Part shown: piece by piece, positions 17,331 to 28,133 of the stretch
Position numbering within the stretch: the first letter of the stretch is position 1
Layout of the letters: every line of letters starts with the position of its first letter
From: Bdellovibrionales bacterium
GTDB lineage: Bacteria > Bdellovibrionota > Bdellovibrionia > Bdellovibrionales > JAGQZY01
Assembly (NCBI GenBank): GCA_965218815.1
Contig: CBDCLX010000002.1
Coordinates: forward strand, 217,074 to 281,073
DNA length: 64,000 nt
Reading direction: 5' to 3'
Notes under the pieces: model-generated
The model's input: the letters and a program-made list of their open reading frames with translations, nothing else
Told to the model about the DNA's origin: nothing
The model's database searches: none
Program-made: the position numbers and the translations under genes

Positions 17331-17932
17331 TGGAAATGGGACAAAATGAACTTAAAAAGCAAATTGATCGGCTGCTTCCACTTGGAGTCTTCTCAACAAA
17401 AGAAGCCACCGAAAGGCTTTCCATATCGCAGCCCACACTCTCTCGTTGGATAGCTCAAAGTGACCTAATCCAGAAGGTTTCAAGGGGCTACTATGTTCAT
17501 ACCAAGGCCAGCATCAACTACGAGTATCTCGATTATATCGTGGCTTGCAAAAAGTTTGGAAAAAACGCCGTCATTGGGGGCCTTTCGGCCATAGAGTTTT
17601 ACAAACTCACCGAACAGGTTTCACCTCAAGTCTGGGTACTGGTGCCACCATTGAGGAGGGTTTCAACGGACAACAAATATAAGGTGATAAAAACAAAATC
17701 TTCTTTGAAAGTTGGAGTGACTTCAATTGAGGGATTTAGAATCGTCAGTCTGGATCGTGCCCTTATTGAAGCCCTAAAATATCAATCAAAAATCGGAGAG
17801 GGTATTGCTTTTAAAGCTGTTACTGATGCCATCAAAAGTGGGCATACATCTGAGGATCGCCTTTATAAGATGGCAAAAAAACTCAACATGATTTCATTTT
17901 TAGAAAAGAAATGGGAACTCCTAACCGCATGA
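17330..17932 (+). CDS. abiEi: AbiEi-family type IV TA antitoxin / transcriptional regulator
   Basis: N-terminal wHTH (VFSTKEA...LSRW...IQKVSRGYY), GGLSA, SLDRALIEA. It overlaps an AbiEii gene. Confidence 0.8.
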   Translation: MEMGQNELKKQIDRLLPLGVFSTKEATERLSISQPTLSRWIAQSDLIQKVSRGYYVHTKASINYEYLDYIVACKKFGKNAVIGGLSAIEFYKLTEQVSPQVWVLVPPLRRVSTDNKYKVIKTKSSLKVGVTSIEGFRIVSLDRALIEALKYQSKIGEGIAFKAVTDAIKSGHTSEDRLYKMAKKLNMISFLEKKWELLTA

Positions 17933-18517
17933 AAGGCCCAGAAGCAAAAGCTCGCTCCATTGCACAAAGACTTTCAAACATTTCAAAAGAGATAAATATT
18001 TCTTATAGATATGTGTCCACCAATTTTTTTATTGAGCGTATGGTAGCAAGGATTCTTACAACCCCCCTTAGAGACAAGCTCATTTTTAAGGGCGGCTATG
18101 TTGGACTGAGAGTTTATGATTCTAAAAGATATACAGTGGACTTGGATGCAGTACTTCAATCTATAAAAGACAAAAAACGATTAGAACTCCTTCAAAAAGC
18201 CATTGAATCTGATATTGGTGATGGAGTCTGGTTTAATCTGGAACGCCAAGAGGACTTGCCCCTACAAACAATTCGCAGCGGAATAAAGCAGGTTTATCGC
18301 GTTGGCCTTGGTGTTCTTCCTGAAAATAAGACAAAGGCCGCAGTTGTTCAGCTTGATATTGGATTTGGAGACTCGATTGCCCCTGGCTCCATTGATACAA
18401 AAATTTCATCTATTCTTGGGGAATGCGAGATCAGTTGGAAGGTTTATCCAGTTGAGGCTATCATTGCTGAAAAACTCCATGCTTTTATTTGTAGAGACGG
18501 TGGTAGCTCAAGAGGCA
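17911..18517 (+). pseudogene. abiEii: AbiEii-family nucleotidyltransferase toxin, C-terminally truncated at repeat copy B
   Basis: LIFKGG, RYTVDLD, QLDIGFGD, YPVEAIIAEKLHA. It breaks at SSRGK, where the SRxKDxxD motif should continue. Confidence 0.8.
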
Positions 18518-18874
18518 AAAATCTTTTCATAATCGCTCCTCTGGACTCTCAGAAAACAGGGCAAGTCAGTGAGACTTGCCCGGGTTCAAGGTGATACTCC
18601 TACTGGTTGGGGATTCCCAACTCAACTCCCCTTTAAAAGGGGGGCTGCTGGATCTATCCACCAGCACCATACAGATGTGTGGTTTATTAAAACAATCCAA
18701 TGACTTTTCTGACCATATTTTCAAGTGCTGCGATATCGTCCGCAGATTCACCAAGAGATGTTACAGCAGTCATACTTTTTGTTGTAGGATCAATACTATA
18801 ATTCATTTGTCCCAGGGATGCACCCTCTCCTGTAGAACTTAACTTGTCTGCACGGAGATAGGAGGAACCACTAG
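18518..18874. repeat. 357-bp direct repeat, copy B
   Basis: Matches 15471-15827. Here the sequence continues uninterrupted into the intact gene. Confidence 0.9.
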
Positions 18875-19643
18875 GAGATATGTGAATGTGTGCATTTTTA
18901 ATGGAAAAATTGTTATTAATAAAGAGTACACCGGTTTTAACCTCATAATTCTGCGACTCCTCAAGTTCACCATCATTGTTTTGAGTGTAGCCAACCCCGT
19001 TTTCTATACTTACAGTGGCCAGTTTTTCTTCATTGCTTCCACCGAAGTTGGTTCCACCGGCATTGGTGAAGTTGACCCAGTCTTCTGAACTTCGTTGATA
19101 ATGATTGTCCCCCTGGTAAAATTGACTTGCAAGAATACATCGAACACTTATACCAGCAGGAAAGTCATAATCAAGGCGAAGCGTGCGATTTGTCAAAGTG
19201 TATTGGTACAAGCCATCCATTCCTAAAAGGGGTGCAGTATAGTCAGGTACGGCAGAACTAGGAAAAGTCCGAAAAGGGTAAATCTTACACCCGGAATCCA
19301 CTTTTGCCAAGGCTCTTTGTACGACTATTGATGAAAAATCCCCTCCAGAACTCGCAATTTGTGATTCCAGGTTATCAATTGCGGCATTTGCAGAACTCAC
19401 CTTTCCTATCAGTTTTTCGATTCGACCCCTCGCAAAAGTTAATTTCTCTTCCTTGTTTGTCAGTCGTGTAGACAGTCTCATGGCGTAGCTCTCCCAATTT
19501 TTACACTGTGTATTGGATGAGTTGCAGGTTTCGGGAGCCGAAAGAGCAAAGGCACTGACAGAGGCTGTCAATAACGCAAATATACCAGCCAGGCAGGTGA
19601 TGACTCTTGTTCGCTTTCCTTTGTTGTGTTTAACATTTGACAT
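18687..19643 (-). CDS. Secreted hypothetical protein with a coiled-coil segment
   Basis: Signal peptide (…ASVSAFA), a Cys pair, heptad-like RLTNKEEKL...IDNLESQI. AGGAGG SD. Confidence 0.7.
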   Translation of the reverse strand: MSNVKHNKGKRTRVITCLAGIFALLTASVSAFALSAPETCNSSNTQCKNWESYAMRLSTRLTNKEEKLTFARGRIEKLIGKVSSANAAIDNLESQIASSGGDFSSIVVQRALAKVDSGCKIYPFRTFPSSAVPDYTAPLLGMDGLYQYTLTNRTLRLDYDFPAGISVRCILASQFYQGDNHYQRSSEDWVNFTNAGGTNFGGSNEEKLATVSIENGVGYTQNNDGELEESQNYEVKTGVLFINNNFSIKNAHIHISPSGSSYLRADKLSSTGEGASLGQMNYSIDPTTKSMTAVTSLGESADDIAALENMVRKVIGLF

Positions 19644-20207
19644 AAATAATCCTCCTTAAAAATTCCACCCCTTAATTGGTGTGGAAGAGCGAGTTGCTCA
19701 ACATATTCAGAATTACCTATCGGAGGTATTAAAAAAAACTTTACAAAATTTTTTAAAAAAAATATTTTTTTTTTAAAAGTGTTTCTTATTGATTCACAAT
19801 GACCACTCAAATTCAACTTTTCAAAAACTCACTGACTTCTTTTGGCGGAAAAATCTCTTATTGATTCAAATGAACATCCAAATAACTTCCCTTAACTTCG
19901 GGATTTTTATTATCGGATTATTTCACCGGGCAACCTTAAAACCGAATATAAAATGGCTTTTAATTTTGTGTTGAATTTTTTAACAGCCGTTAATAATAAA
20001 ACATTTTTAATTCAAACGTCTCTTAATTCACGGAAAACTGTTAGGCATAATTTTTGCTCCTTTAAATAATCAGGAGTAGGGGGAATCAATATGAGACATA
20101 TTTTGATGAAGAGGCAAATAAAGTAACTACTTGCATACGCACTGAATTTCCTTCTGTCACTGCCACAATTTTGGATGAGATTGGTATGAGAAGTTCGGGT
20201 TAGGTTT

Positions 20208-20897
20208 TCACTCCGCAAGAATGCCGTTTTTAAGGCGGTAAATTCTGGGAAAGGCGGAGGCAAACTCCTGGTTGTGAGTCACAACAACCAGAGTCAGGCC
20301 CAGGTTTTTTTGTAGCCTGAAAAACAGATTCTCAATAATTTTCCCATTCTCACTGTCCAGGTTTCCAGAGGGTTCATCGGCAAAAAGAATTTCCGGGTTT
20401 TGTACCAAAGCCCTGGCAATGGCAACCCTTTGTCTTTCACCGCCACTGATTTCAGAAGGGTAATGATGTCTGCGTTGTTGAAGGCCCAGCCTTTCCATCC
20501 AGTTTTCAGCCCTGGTTTGGGCTTCTTTTTTTGAAAACCCTCCAATGCGGGAGGGAAGGGCCACATTTTCAAGGGCTGTGAGTTCCGGCAACAAGTGGTG
20601 GAATTGAAAAACAAAGCCCATTTTTTTATTCCGAAAGCAGGCCAGTTCGTCATCATTTTTCAGATGAAGGTTTTCCCCCCTATAGTAAAGTTGTCCTGAT
20701 GTGGGTTTATCCAGAGTCCCCAGAATGTGGAGCAATGTACTCTTACCTGCTCCTGAAACACCCATGATACAAAGGGCCTCACCCTGTTTGATATCAAGAT
20801 TGACACCTTTTAAAACCTCCAGTCTGGATTCATTCATGGAATAGGACCTGGTCACATATTTCATGGATAAAATGACATTAGTCATGGTCACACTCAC
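20208..20897 (-). CDS. lolD: Lipoprotein-releasing ABC transporter ATPase
   Basis: GVSGAGKST, GFVFQFHHLLPE, ISGGERQRVAIARAL, FADEPSGNLD. Follows a lolC/E gene. Confidence 0.9.
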   Translation of the reverse strand: MSVTMTNVILSMKYVTRSYSMNESRLEVLKGVNLDIKQGEALCIMGVSGAGKSTLLHILGTLDKPTSGQLYYRGENLHLKNDDELACFRNKKMGFVFQFHHLLPELTALENVALPSRIGGFSKKEAQTRAENWMERLGLQQRRHHYPSEISGGERQRVAIARALVQNPEILFADEPSGNLDSENGKIIENLFFRLQKNLGLTLVVVTHNQEFASAFPRIYRLKNGILAE

Positions 20898-22108
20898 TAT
20901 TCATATTTAAGGCCCTCAACGGGTGATAACCTGGCTCCCCGGATGGCGGGAGCCAGACTGCTTAACAGACAAATCACAAGGGTTGCCAGAATCACCCAGA
21001 CAACATCACTCCAGTAAAGATGAGTGGAAAAATTGGAGAGCCGGTACACATCTTCAGGCATGATAGGATAAATTTTCTGTAAATTATCAAAACCATAACA
21101 AAACAAAAACCCAAGCCCCAGTCCAAGGGACAAACCCATGGTCCCCAGAACCAAACCCTGTAAACAGAATAAAAACACAATATCTTTCCCCTTAAGCCCG
21201 AGGGCACGCATCACCCCGATCTGTGAGTAACGGCGTAAAACACCAAGAAAAAGTGTTGTTGAAACATTGAAGAAGGCAGCCACCACCATAATGAGCATGA
21301 TAAAAAAGAGAACGGTCTTTTCGTAACGAATGGCCTTGAATAAAGAACGATTGGTCATGGACCAATCCCGTACCGAGTAATCCCAACCCAAAGCCTCCTG
21401 AATTTTTTCCCCTTCCAGAGGGGCTTTTTCAGAATCCTGAAGCTTTATTCTGAAACCGTTTATTTTTTCACCCATTCCCATCATTTTCTGAACCTTTTTG
21501 GTATCAGCAATCATGATTCGTTCGTTGAACTCGTATTTGCCAAAATCCAGAATCGTGTGAACATAAAACCCCTCCACCTGAGGAAAAATTCGGGTGGAAC
21601 TGGATCTTGAAACTTTTGGCAGGATAGTCTTAAAATGGTCCCCCACTTTGAGTTTCAGTTTTTGAGCCACCACCTTGCCAAGAAAAGCCGGATGTCCAAA
21701 GCCCGGATTTTCAGACCTGTCAACCACTCTCCTGGTGAGGCCCTTCAGCTTCCTCAGCTTTTCCCAGTTCATTCCCTGCAGGAGAACAGCACTGAGATTC
21801 CCCTTATTGGCCACCAGAACCTCTGTACTCACAAAACCCAGAAACTCCCTGGCCTGGGGACTGGCCTTTCTGATTATTTCAATCACTTCCTGTGGGTTGT
21901 CAATACGTTGCCCCTGTTTGAAAATGTTAATATCTCCTGACACATCAATGATTGAACTTTTTAAACTCCTGGTGAAACCGCTGAAACCGCCCATACTCAC
22001 CACCAGAAAAGCCACTCCAAGGGTGATACCCAGGAGAGAGAAAAGAGTGGTGGGTTCAAAAAAAATTTTTTTTTGAAAAATCAATCTTCGATAAAGCCAG
22101 AAACGCAA
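20897..22108 (-). CDS. Lipoprotein-releasing ABC transporter permease (LolC/E family)
   Basis: 4-TM FtsX/MacB topology, IGVMRALG, PAIRGARLSPVEGLKYE. Confidence 0.88.
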   Translation of the reverse strand: MRFWLYRRLIFQKKIFFEPTTLFSLLGITLGVAFLVVSMGGFSGFTRSLKSSIIDVSGDINIFKQGQRIDNPQEVIEIIRKASPQAREFLGFVSTEVLVANKGNLSAVLLQGMNWEKLRKLKGLTRRVVDRSENPGFGHPAFLGKVVAQKLKLKVGDHFKTILPKVSRSSSTRIFPQVEGFYVHTILDFGKYEFNERIMIADTKKVQKMMGMGEKINGFRIKLQDSEKAPLEGEKIQEALGWDYSVRDWSMTNRSLFKAIRYEKTVLFFIMLIMVVAAFFNVSTTLFLGVLRRYSQIGVMRALGLKGKDIVFLFCLQGLVLGTMGLSLGLGLGFLFCYGFDNLQKIYPIMPEDVYRLSNFSTHLYWSDVVWVILATLVICLLSSLAPAIRGARLSPVEGLKYE

Positions 22109-22145
22109 ATAAACCTTCCTTTTGGATTTTAAACTCTTTTGGTTT

Positions 22146-23280
22146 TTAAAATCCCTCTTTCATGAATTTTAAATAGGAAAAAATAAAATCATTGAGATCA
22201 CCATCCATGACCTTCTGAACCTGACTGGTTTCCAGTGAAGTCCGATGGTCTTTCACCATCTGGTGAGGGTGCATGACATAGGATCGGATCTGGGAACCCC
22301 ATTTGTTGGCTTTTTTTTGTGAATTGACTTCGTTTTTTTCCTGCCGACGTTCCTCCAGCTGTTTTTCATAGAGAGCGGCTTTGAGGAGTTTCAGGGCCTG
22401 ATCCTTATTGGCGTGCTGACTTCGCTGGTTTTGGCATTGAACCACAATGCCTGTGAGGTTGTGGGTGATCCGAACGGCTGAGTCTGTGGTGTTGATATGC
22501 TGGCCTCCGGCCCCACTGGCCCGATAGGTGTCCACTTTGATATCCTCCTGTTTGATGGTCACCTCCCTGTCATCATCCACTTCAGGCCAGGCAAACACAG
22601 AGGCAAAGCTTGTGTGGCGGCGGGCATTGGAGTCAAAAGGTGAAATCCGGACCAGACGATGAACCCCGGACTCCGCTTTCAGGTAACCATAGGCGTAGGG
22701 ACCCTGGACACTCAGAGTGATTGATTTAAGACCGGCTTCCTCTCCGGAGGTTATTTCCAGGAGATCCATTTTATAACCCGCCCTTTCGGCATAGCGTTTG
22801 TACATCCGGTACAGCATTTCCGCCCAGTCACAGGCTTCTGTTCCTCCAGCCCCTGAGTTAATGGCAAGGAAGGCATTGTTGAAGTCGGAAGGTTCATCCA
22901 GTAATTGTTTAAGTTCCAGTTCATTGATGACTTTTCTGATTTGTTCAATTTCAGCAACGGCTTCCATAAAGGACTGTTCATCAGACTCCTCCTCAGCCAT
23001 GTCCAGCAGGACTCCAAGGTCATTGACTTTGTTATTCAGATTGTTCCACTGTTCCAGGGTTTTTTGGTGAATGGCAATATCGCGGTTGATTTTTTGCATT
23101 TCCAGTGGGTTTTTCCAGACCTCCGGGTTTTCTGACCGGTGCTTTAACTCCCTGAATTCTTTGAGACGGCGATCAATGTCAAAGATACCTCCGCAGTTGG
23201 ATTGATTTTGAAACCATGTCCTGAACCTGGCTTCGATACTGACTCAAATGGGTTGTGATATTTAAATTTTTGTCTTTCAT
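22146..23280 (-). CDS. prfB: Peptide chain release factor 2 with programmed +1 frameshift
   Basis: GAGGTEACDW, RISPFD (SPF), SGAGGQHIN (GGQ). ATG at 23280, and the frameshift site AGGTAT-CTT-TGA-C at 23190-23178. Confidence 0.96.
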
Positions 23281-23346
23281 TGAAATTCACCTTTTTTGTC
23301 TCCCGGGATTTTACAGGGTTTTATTCTTTCATCCAAACATTATTTT

Positions 23347-24939
23347 TCACTTTCTTTTCACTTTCTTCTGAAATTCCTTTTTAAGGAATTCCATTTCACT
23401 GACTTTTAAAAAACCGGCAAAGGAAAAATAAACCAAAGCCCCCAGGGCAATGAAAACAAGAAGCAGGATAAGATCCGGGACAAACAGTCCCTGCTTCCAT
23501 TTGAAAAAATGGACAAACCACAGGCTGACCCCCATGGGAAAAGCCGCAAGAGAACAACAGAAAAACTGTTTTCCAAGGGGTTTCCAGTTCAGAACACCCA
23601 TTTTCTTGTGCAGAAAAACAAGACATAAAAGAAGGTTAAGCAGGCTGATAAGAGCTGTTGAAAGAACAAGTCCGTAAATGGCTGATTTTGCCATAAGCCA
23701 GGGGGCTAAAAGGAGATGAATAAAAAGTCCTGACATGGAAACAAGGGCAGGAGTCAATGTGTCCCCCACAGCGTAAAAAGCCAGGTTCAGTATTTTCAGG
23801 GAACCCACACAGAGGAGAGTGAGACAGTAGATTTTCAGGATACCGGCCACAATGGGGACTTCCTGATTCGTAAACTGACCCCTTGAAAACAACACATCGA
23901 CAATGTCGTGTCCCATAAACCAGAGACCCACAGAAGCGGGAATGGCAAGAAAGTAAAACATTTGTAAATGCCGGCCAAGACTTTTGAGAAAAAGGTTTTT
24001 TTCATTTCCACTCCAGTACCCGGAGAGAGTGGGCAGGAGGGTGGTGCCAAGGCTTACGGCAATCAGGGAGATGGGAAGTTCCAGAAGACGATCCCCCAGG
24101 TAAATATAGGAAACTGTCCCCGGGGAAAGCTGGCTTGCAAAATAAAGGTTCACAAGAGCCAGAACCTGCAGGATCCCCCCTCCAAAAAAGATGGGTATGA
24201 ACTTAAGGATCATCTGTTGAACCAGGGGATGATTGATCCTGAAAGTGAGACGGGGAAGCACCCCTGACCTGATAACAGAAGGAAGAAGAACCAGGGCCTG
24301 AAGCCCCCCCCCAATGAGAACAGCCCAGGCTGCAATCATGGGAAGTCTGTCTTGAAATAAAACAAGGCTTGCGATGATTGCAAGATTCAGGAAAAGGGGG
24401 GCAAAACCAGTGAGGGTGAATTTTTTCAGACCATTGAGCAGGGCCATAAAAAAAGCAAAAAGAATGATAAAAAAGAGAAAAAACACCATGACCCGGGCCA
24501 TTTGGGTTGTCATGGAAAGTTTTCCCGGCACTTCCCTGAATCCTGAACCGCCAAGCCAGATGTTTATAAGGGGGTCCATAAACACAAAACAAAGTCCACA
24601 GATGAGAAGGGTGGTACCCACCAGGAGACTGAAGACCCCGTCAATGAACTGTTGCCTCTGAAGTTTTTGCCCTTCATGACTGAGCTTCACATAAATGGGA
24701 ATAAAACTGGCTGAAAGCCCCCCTTCTCCCAGCAAACGCCTGAAAAAATTCGGCAATCGAAAGGCTGCAAGCCAGGCATCCCGAACATCCAGGGGCATAA
24801 TGGAAAAAACAAGGGCATCCCGGACCAGTCCCAGAATTCGGCTGACAAGGGTTCCTGAACCAAAAAGAAGGGCCTTTTTCGCCAAAAAATCAGGTTTTCT
24901 CTCAGAAGGATTGGGCAATGGGAAGTGTCCTCGTTTCAA
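23347..24939 (-). CDS. murJ: Lipid II flippase MurJ (MviN)
   Basis: SRILGLVRD, AFRLPNFFRRLLGEGGLS, DRLLELP, about 14 TM. Confidence 0.93.
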   Translation of the reverse strand: MKRGHFPLPNPSERKPDFLAKKALLFGSGTLVSRILGLVRDALVFSIMPLDVRDAWLAAFRLPNFFRRLLGEGGLSASFIPIYVKLSHEGQKLQRQQFIDGVFSLLVGTTLLICGLCFVFMDPLINIWLGGSGFREVPGKLSMTTQMARVMVFFLFFIILFAFFMALLNGLKKFTLTGFAPLFLNLAIIASLVLFQDRLPMIAAWAVLIGGGLQALVLLPSVIRSGVLPRLTFRINHPLVQQMILKFIPIFFGGGILQVLALVNLYFASQLSPGTVSYIYLGDRLLELPISLIAVSLGTTLLPTLSGYWSGNEKNLFLKSLGRHLQMFYFLAIPASVGLWFMGHDIVDVLFSRGQFTNQEVPIVAGILKIYCLTLLCVGSLKILNLAFYAVGDTLTPALVSMSGLFIHLLLAPWLMAKSAIYGLVLSTALISLLNLLLCLVFLHKKMGVLNWKPLGKQFFCCSLAAFPMGVSLWFVHFFKWKQGLFVPDLILLLVFIALGALVYFSFAGFLKVSEMEFLKKEFQKKVKRK

Positions 24940-25037
24940 TTTTACACTGTCCTTTTTAAATTTTCACAGAGTTTCCCCATGAAAATCATAATAGTCATAA
25001 AGAGCTTGTTTTAAATCTTTTTTTCCATTATGACTAA

Positions 25038-25103
25038 CCCGCATTTCTCATAAACTTTCGGAAGCTTGACAGCCTCGCTACGAAAGTTTATGAGAAATGC
25101 GGG
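25038..25103. mobile_element. IS1380-end MITE copy (66 bp) with 4-bp target duplication CTAA
   Basis: ctaa|cccgcatttctcataaa...tttatgagaaatgcggg|ctaa: perfect 17-bp TIRs. Confidence 0.85.
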
Positions 25104-25138
25104 CTAATTCCCGTTTTAGTTATCCTGGAGGTTGGATT

Positions 25139-25405
25139 TTGGCAAATATTGTATCGGCAAAGAAACGGGCCCGTCAGTCACTGGTACGCAGGGATCGTAA
25201 CCAGCAGCTTAAAAAGGCTGTGCGTCATCTTGAAAAAAAACTCAGACAGGCTATTTCTGCAAAAGATAAAGACACAGTCCAAAGTCTGATTGGAAGCTAT
25301 GAAAGTGCCATGGCCAAAGCCGCCCAAAAAGGCAAATATCATCCAAAAACCGCCTCCCGTAAGATCAGCCGTCTGAATCTCTTTATGAACAAGGTTTTTG
25401 AGTGA
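25139..25405 (+). CDS. rpsT: 30S ribosomal protein S20
   Basis: ANIVSAKKRARQS..RR.RN...H.KTASRKISRL. TTG start after GGAGG. Confidence 0.95.
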   Translation: MANIVSAKKRARQSLVRRDRNQQLKKAVRHLEKKLRQAISAKDKDTVQSLIGSYESAMAKAAQKGKYHPKTASRKISRLNLFMNKVFE

Positions 25406-25412
25406 TTCTTAA

Positions 25413-25482
25413 CCCGAACTTCTCATAAATTTTCGTAGCGAGGCTGTCAAGCTTCCGAAAGTTAACCCGTATTTCTCATAAA
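25413..25482. mobile_element. Partial, nested IS1380-end MITE copies
   Basis: ttaa|cccgaacttctcataaa...gcttccgaaag followed by a second ttaa|cccgtatttctcataaa. Confidence 0.7.
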
Positions 25483-25529
25483 TTTAAAGTTCGATTAAAG
25501 CCTACAGCATAAGATCATAAATTTTGTCT

Positions 25530-28133
25530 CTACTTCTCTTTAATTAGTTTTCCAAAATCTTCTTTCCATGTTTTTTCCATGAGGATTTTGAAGATCATTT
25601 TCTGTTCATTTTCTGAAACAACTTCCATATCACCCACATTAACAGATTCATTTGTAGCGTGCTTTTCAAAAATCTCAAAGAGTTTCTTCTTATATTCTGT
25701 ATCATCATTTCCTTTTAGCTGGTCGCCTTTTGTTTCTAAAACAGAGAGCTTGTTTATTTTATTATCAGGACTGATAAAAGCCAAGAAATCAGGATAAACT
25801 TTCCTCTTCTGCCAGCCTTGTAGATGATAATCCTGTTTTGCGACCATCCTATGCCACCATTTAACTGCTTCTTGCTCATCTAAATACCAGGCCACTTGTT
25901 TTTCCAATTCATTGTAGTGACGCTGATAAGTTATATCAAAGAGCGACATTTGAAAACCTCTATCATCTTCTCTTCTTAAAACCTTGTCATTTGTAGAAAC
26001 AATAAAATCAATTTCATGTCCCATAGTCCAATTTATATCAATACGATTTTTAAAGATTTTAAAACAAAGAGAGCCTTCTTTTAATTTGTTTGTAAAAATT
26101 TTTTCTGAAAGGGTATCTATCTGTTTCCTTATATCCTCTTCTATGGATTCCAAAAGATAGGTTCTGTTTAAGTAAATTTTTTTATCCGATATTTTCTTGA
26201 CTTTTAAGGCTGTTATTGTTTCATCAAAAATTCTTCCAGCTTCCCAGGGATGGGGAATAAAATTGCAAAGCCTCTTCATTATAAATGAGTAATCTGTCTC
26301 TACCATATCTTCTCTTTTATTTTGACTTACATACGGCAAACTGAATTGACCCGCTTTGTCTTCCATATCCATTTTTATGGAATTAACTTGCAGGGAATCT
26401 ATATTTTCAGGATTCCAACTGTCCTTTTTTGAATAAGATATTTTTGAAAAATTTATGTTCTGGAGAATATCCTGTGCATAAATAATATTTCTCCATGAAT
26501 TTTTTTTTGTTTTACACAGTACTCTGGGAAGAAAAATTTTTGTCTTTTGAAATTTTGGATTCCTTTTTGTTGTCACTTTTTTGAAATCACTTTCCTCTGT
26601 TTTTACATAGTCAGCCAAATCATCCATGCCTTCTTTTTGCAGTCCCTTTCTAATGTCTGAAACAATCTCCTCAACATCTTTGTTATAACAAAAAATATAA
26701 CTCTCATTTAAAGATTCCATTGGAGTTCTTTGGGCATGAGGCTGTCTTAAAATCCTTCCTATTAACTGAGTGAGAGCCAATTTTGATTTTGCTTTGGATA
26801 AAATAACCAGAACATAAGCAAAAGGGCAGTCCCAACCTTCCTGAAGAGCTTGCTTTGTAATTATGAACTGCACCTGTGAAGTATCACTTAAAAGGCTCTC
26901 ATCCTTTAGTTCATCTTTTTCTGAAACCTTGATTTTAACAGCTTCCTCAGAGACTCCAAGATGATTGATTAAATACTCTTTTGCATCTTCGGAATGAATA
27001 AAATTTTTATCTTTTTGATCCCTTCCTGTTCGTTCTACCTGAACAAGCATAATTGGACGGATATATTTCCTGTTCTTTTCGTGGTATGTTTTACAGTCTT
27101 CTTCCAATTCTTTTATTTTATCATAGGCTTGGCACAAAGTTTTTTTCCAATCTCCTCTTTTTGAATTGGTAACATTTATAGGAAGTTTTATCATTTCCTC
27201 TTCTTTTAATCTCACTCCTGAAATACTAACAAGAACATTACTTAAGTGTTCTTTCATATTGGGAGTGGCTGATAGTTCAATGATAAATTTTGGATTAAGA
27301 CCGGACAGGGTGTTTCTCGCTAATTCAGAATAAGCTTTGTGCCCTTCATCCAACACCACAATAGGACGGGCAATCCTTATGGCATTTCCCAAACTGTGTT
27401 TGACGGAAACACCTTTTACACCTCCCAAAGATTTATTATTTCTATAAATATCCAGGTTGCTAATTTGAGAAAGAAGCCCCTCATTAGCCTGATAATTTTC
27501 AGGCTGTGGGAAAAAAGAAATAAATCTTCCTGAGTCTTTAAACATTCTCAAAGATTCGTTTGTCTCCCTATTTGCTGAAGGCAACATCAAAAGCATAACA
27601 CAAAGATATTCCTGTAAATCCTGCAAAGAAAAGGAATCTGTTTTTTCAATGATTTTAACTTTTCCGGCCCCGGCTCTTTCCAAAACTCTTCTGTAAAAAT
27701 GGGATCGATCTTTAAAATTTTTAAGGGTTTGGCTGTATATAGCTTTTGTGGGGACAATCCACAAGATTAAACCTGTGTTTTTTTTAAAGTAATCAAAGTT
27801 TATTTTTTCAACAGATGAAACGCCTATCAGAGTTTTACCTCCCCCTGTAGGCACTTTTAAGCATATATTTGGAATAGGATCTTCCAATTTATTCTTCTTA
27901 TTTTGATAGGGAAGACTTTGAAACTGTCCTTTTTTGTTTTTAAATTTAGGAAGTTTTTCGTTAGCCTGAAGGCTTTCCCATGTTTTTTGACAGTATTCCT
28001 CTATTTTTCTATCTCGCCATTTGCTTTTATGAAATTCTACTTCATCTTTTTCTTCTATATACTTTTCCTTTAAAAGCTTCAGATAGTAATCCAACTTTTC
28101 CAAACACAACTCTTGAAATTCTTTTAATTCCAT
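25530..28133 (-). CDS. res: Type III restriction enzyme Res subunit
   Basis: KVPTGGGKT, LDEGHK, ELSATP, LQEGWDCP, QLIGRILRQP, and C-terminal YPDF...LETKG nuclease motif. The true start is ATG 28133, overlapping the in-frame-corrected mod stop. Confidence 0.92.
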   Translation of the reverse strand: MELKEFQELCLEKLDYYLKLLKEKYIEEKDEVEFHKSKWRDRKIEEYCQKTWESLQANEKLPKFKNKKGQFQSLPYQNKKNKLEDPIPNICLKVPTGGGKTLIGVSSVEKINFDYFKKNTGLILWIVPTKAIYSQTLKNFKDRSHFYRRVLERAGAGKVKIIEKTDSFSLQDLQEYLCVMLLMLPSANRETNESLRMFKDSGRFISFFPQPENYQANEGLLSQISNLDIYRNNKSLGGVKGVSVKHSLGNAIRIARPIVVLDEGHKAYSELARNTLSGLNPKFIIELSATPNMKEHLSNVLVSISGVRLKEEEMIKLPINVTNSKRGDWKKTLCQAYDKIKELEEDCKTYHEKNRKYIRPIMLVQVERTGRDQKDKNFIHSEDAKEYLINHLGVSEEAVKIKVSEKDELKDESLLSDTSQVQFIITKQALQEGWDCPFAYVLVILSKAKSKLALTQLIGRILRQPHAQRTPMESLNESYIFCYNKDVEEIVSDIRKGLQKEGMDDLADYVKTEESDFKKVTTKRNPKFQKTKIFLPRVLCKTKKNSWRNIIYAQDILQNINFSKISYSKKDSWNPENIDSLQVNSIKMDMEDKAGQFSLPYVSQNKREDMVETDYSFIMKRLCNFIPHPWEAGRIFDETITALKVKKISDKKIYLNRTYLLESIEEDIRKQIDTLSEKIFTNKLKEGSLCFKIFKNRIDINWTMGHEIDFIVSTNDKVLRREDDRGFQMSLFDITYQRHYNELEKQVAWYLDEQEAVKWWHRMVAKQDYHLQGWQKRKVYPDFLAFISPDNKINKLSVLETKGDQLKGNDDTEYKKKLFEIFEKHATNESVNVGDMEVVSENEQKMIFKILMEKTWKEDFGKLIKEK

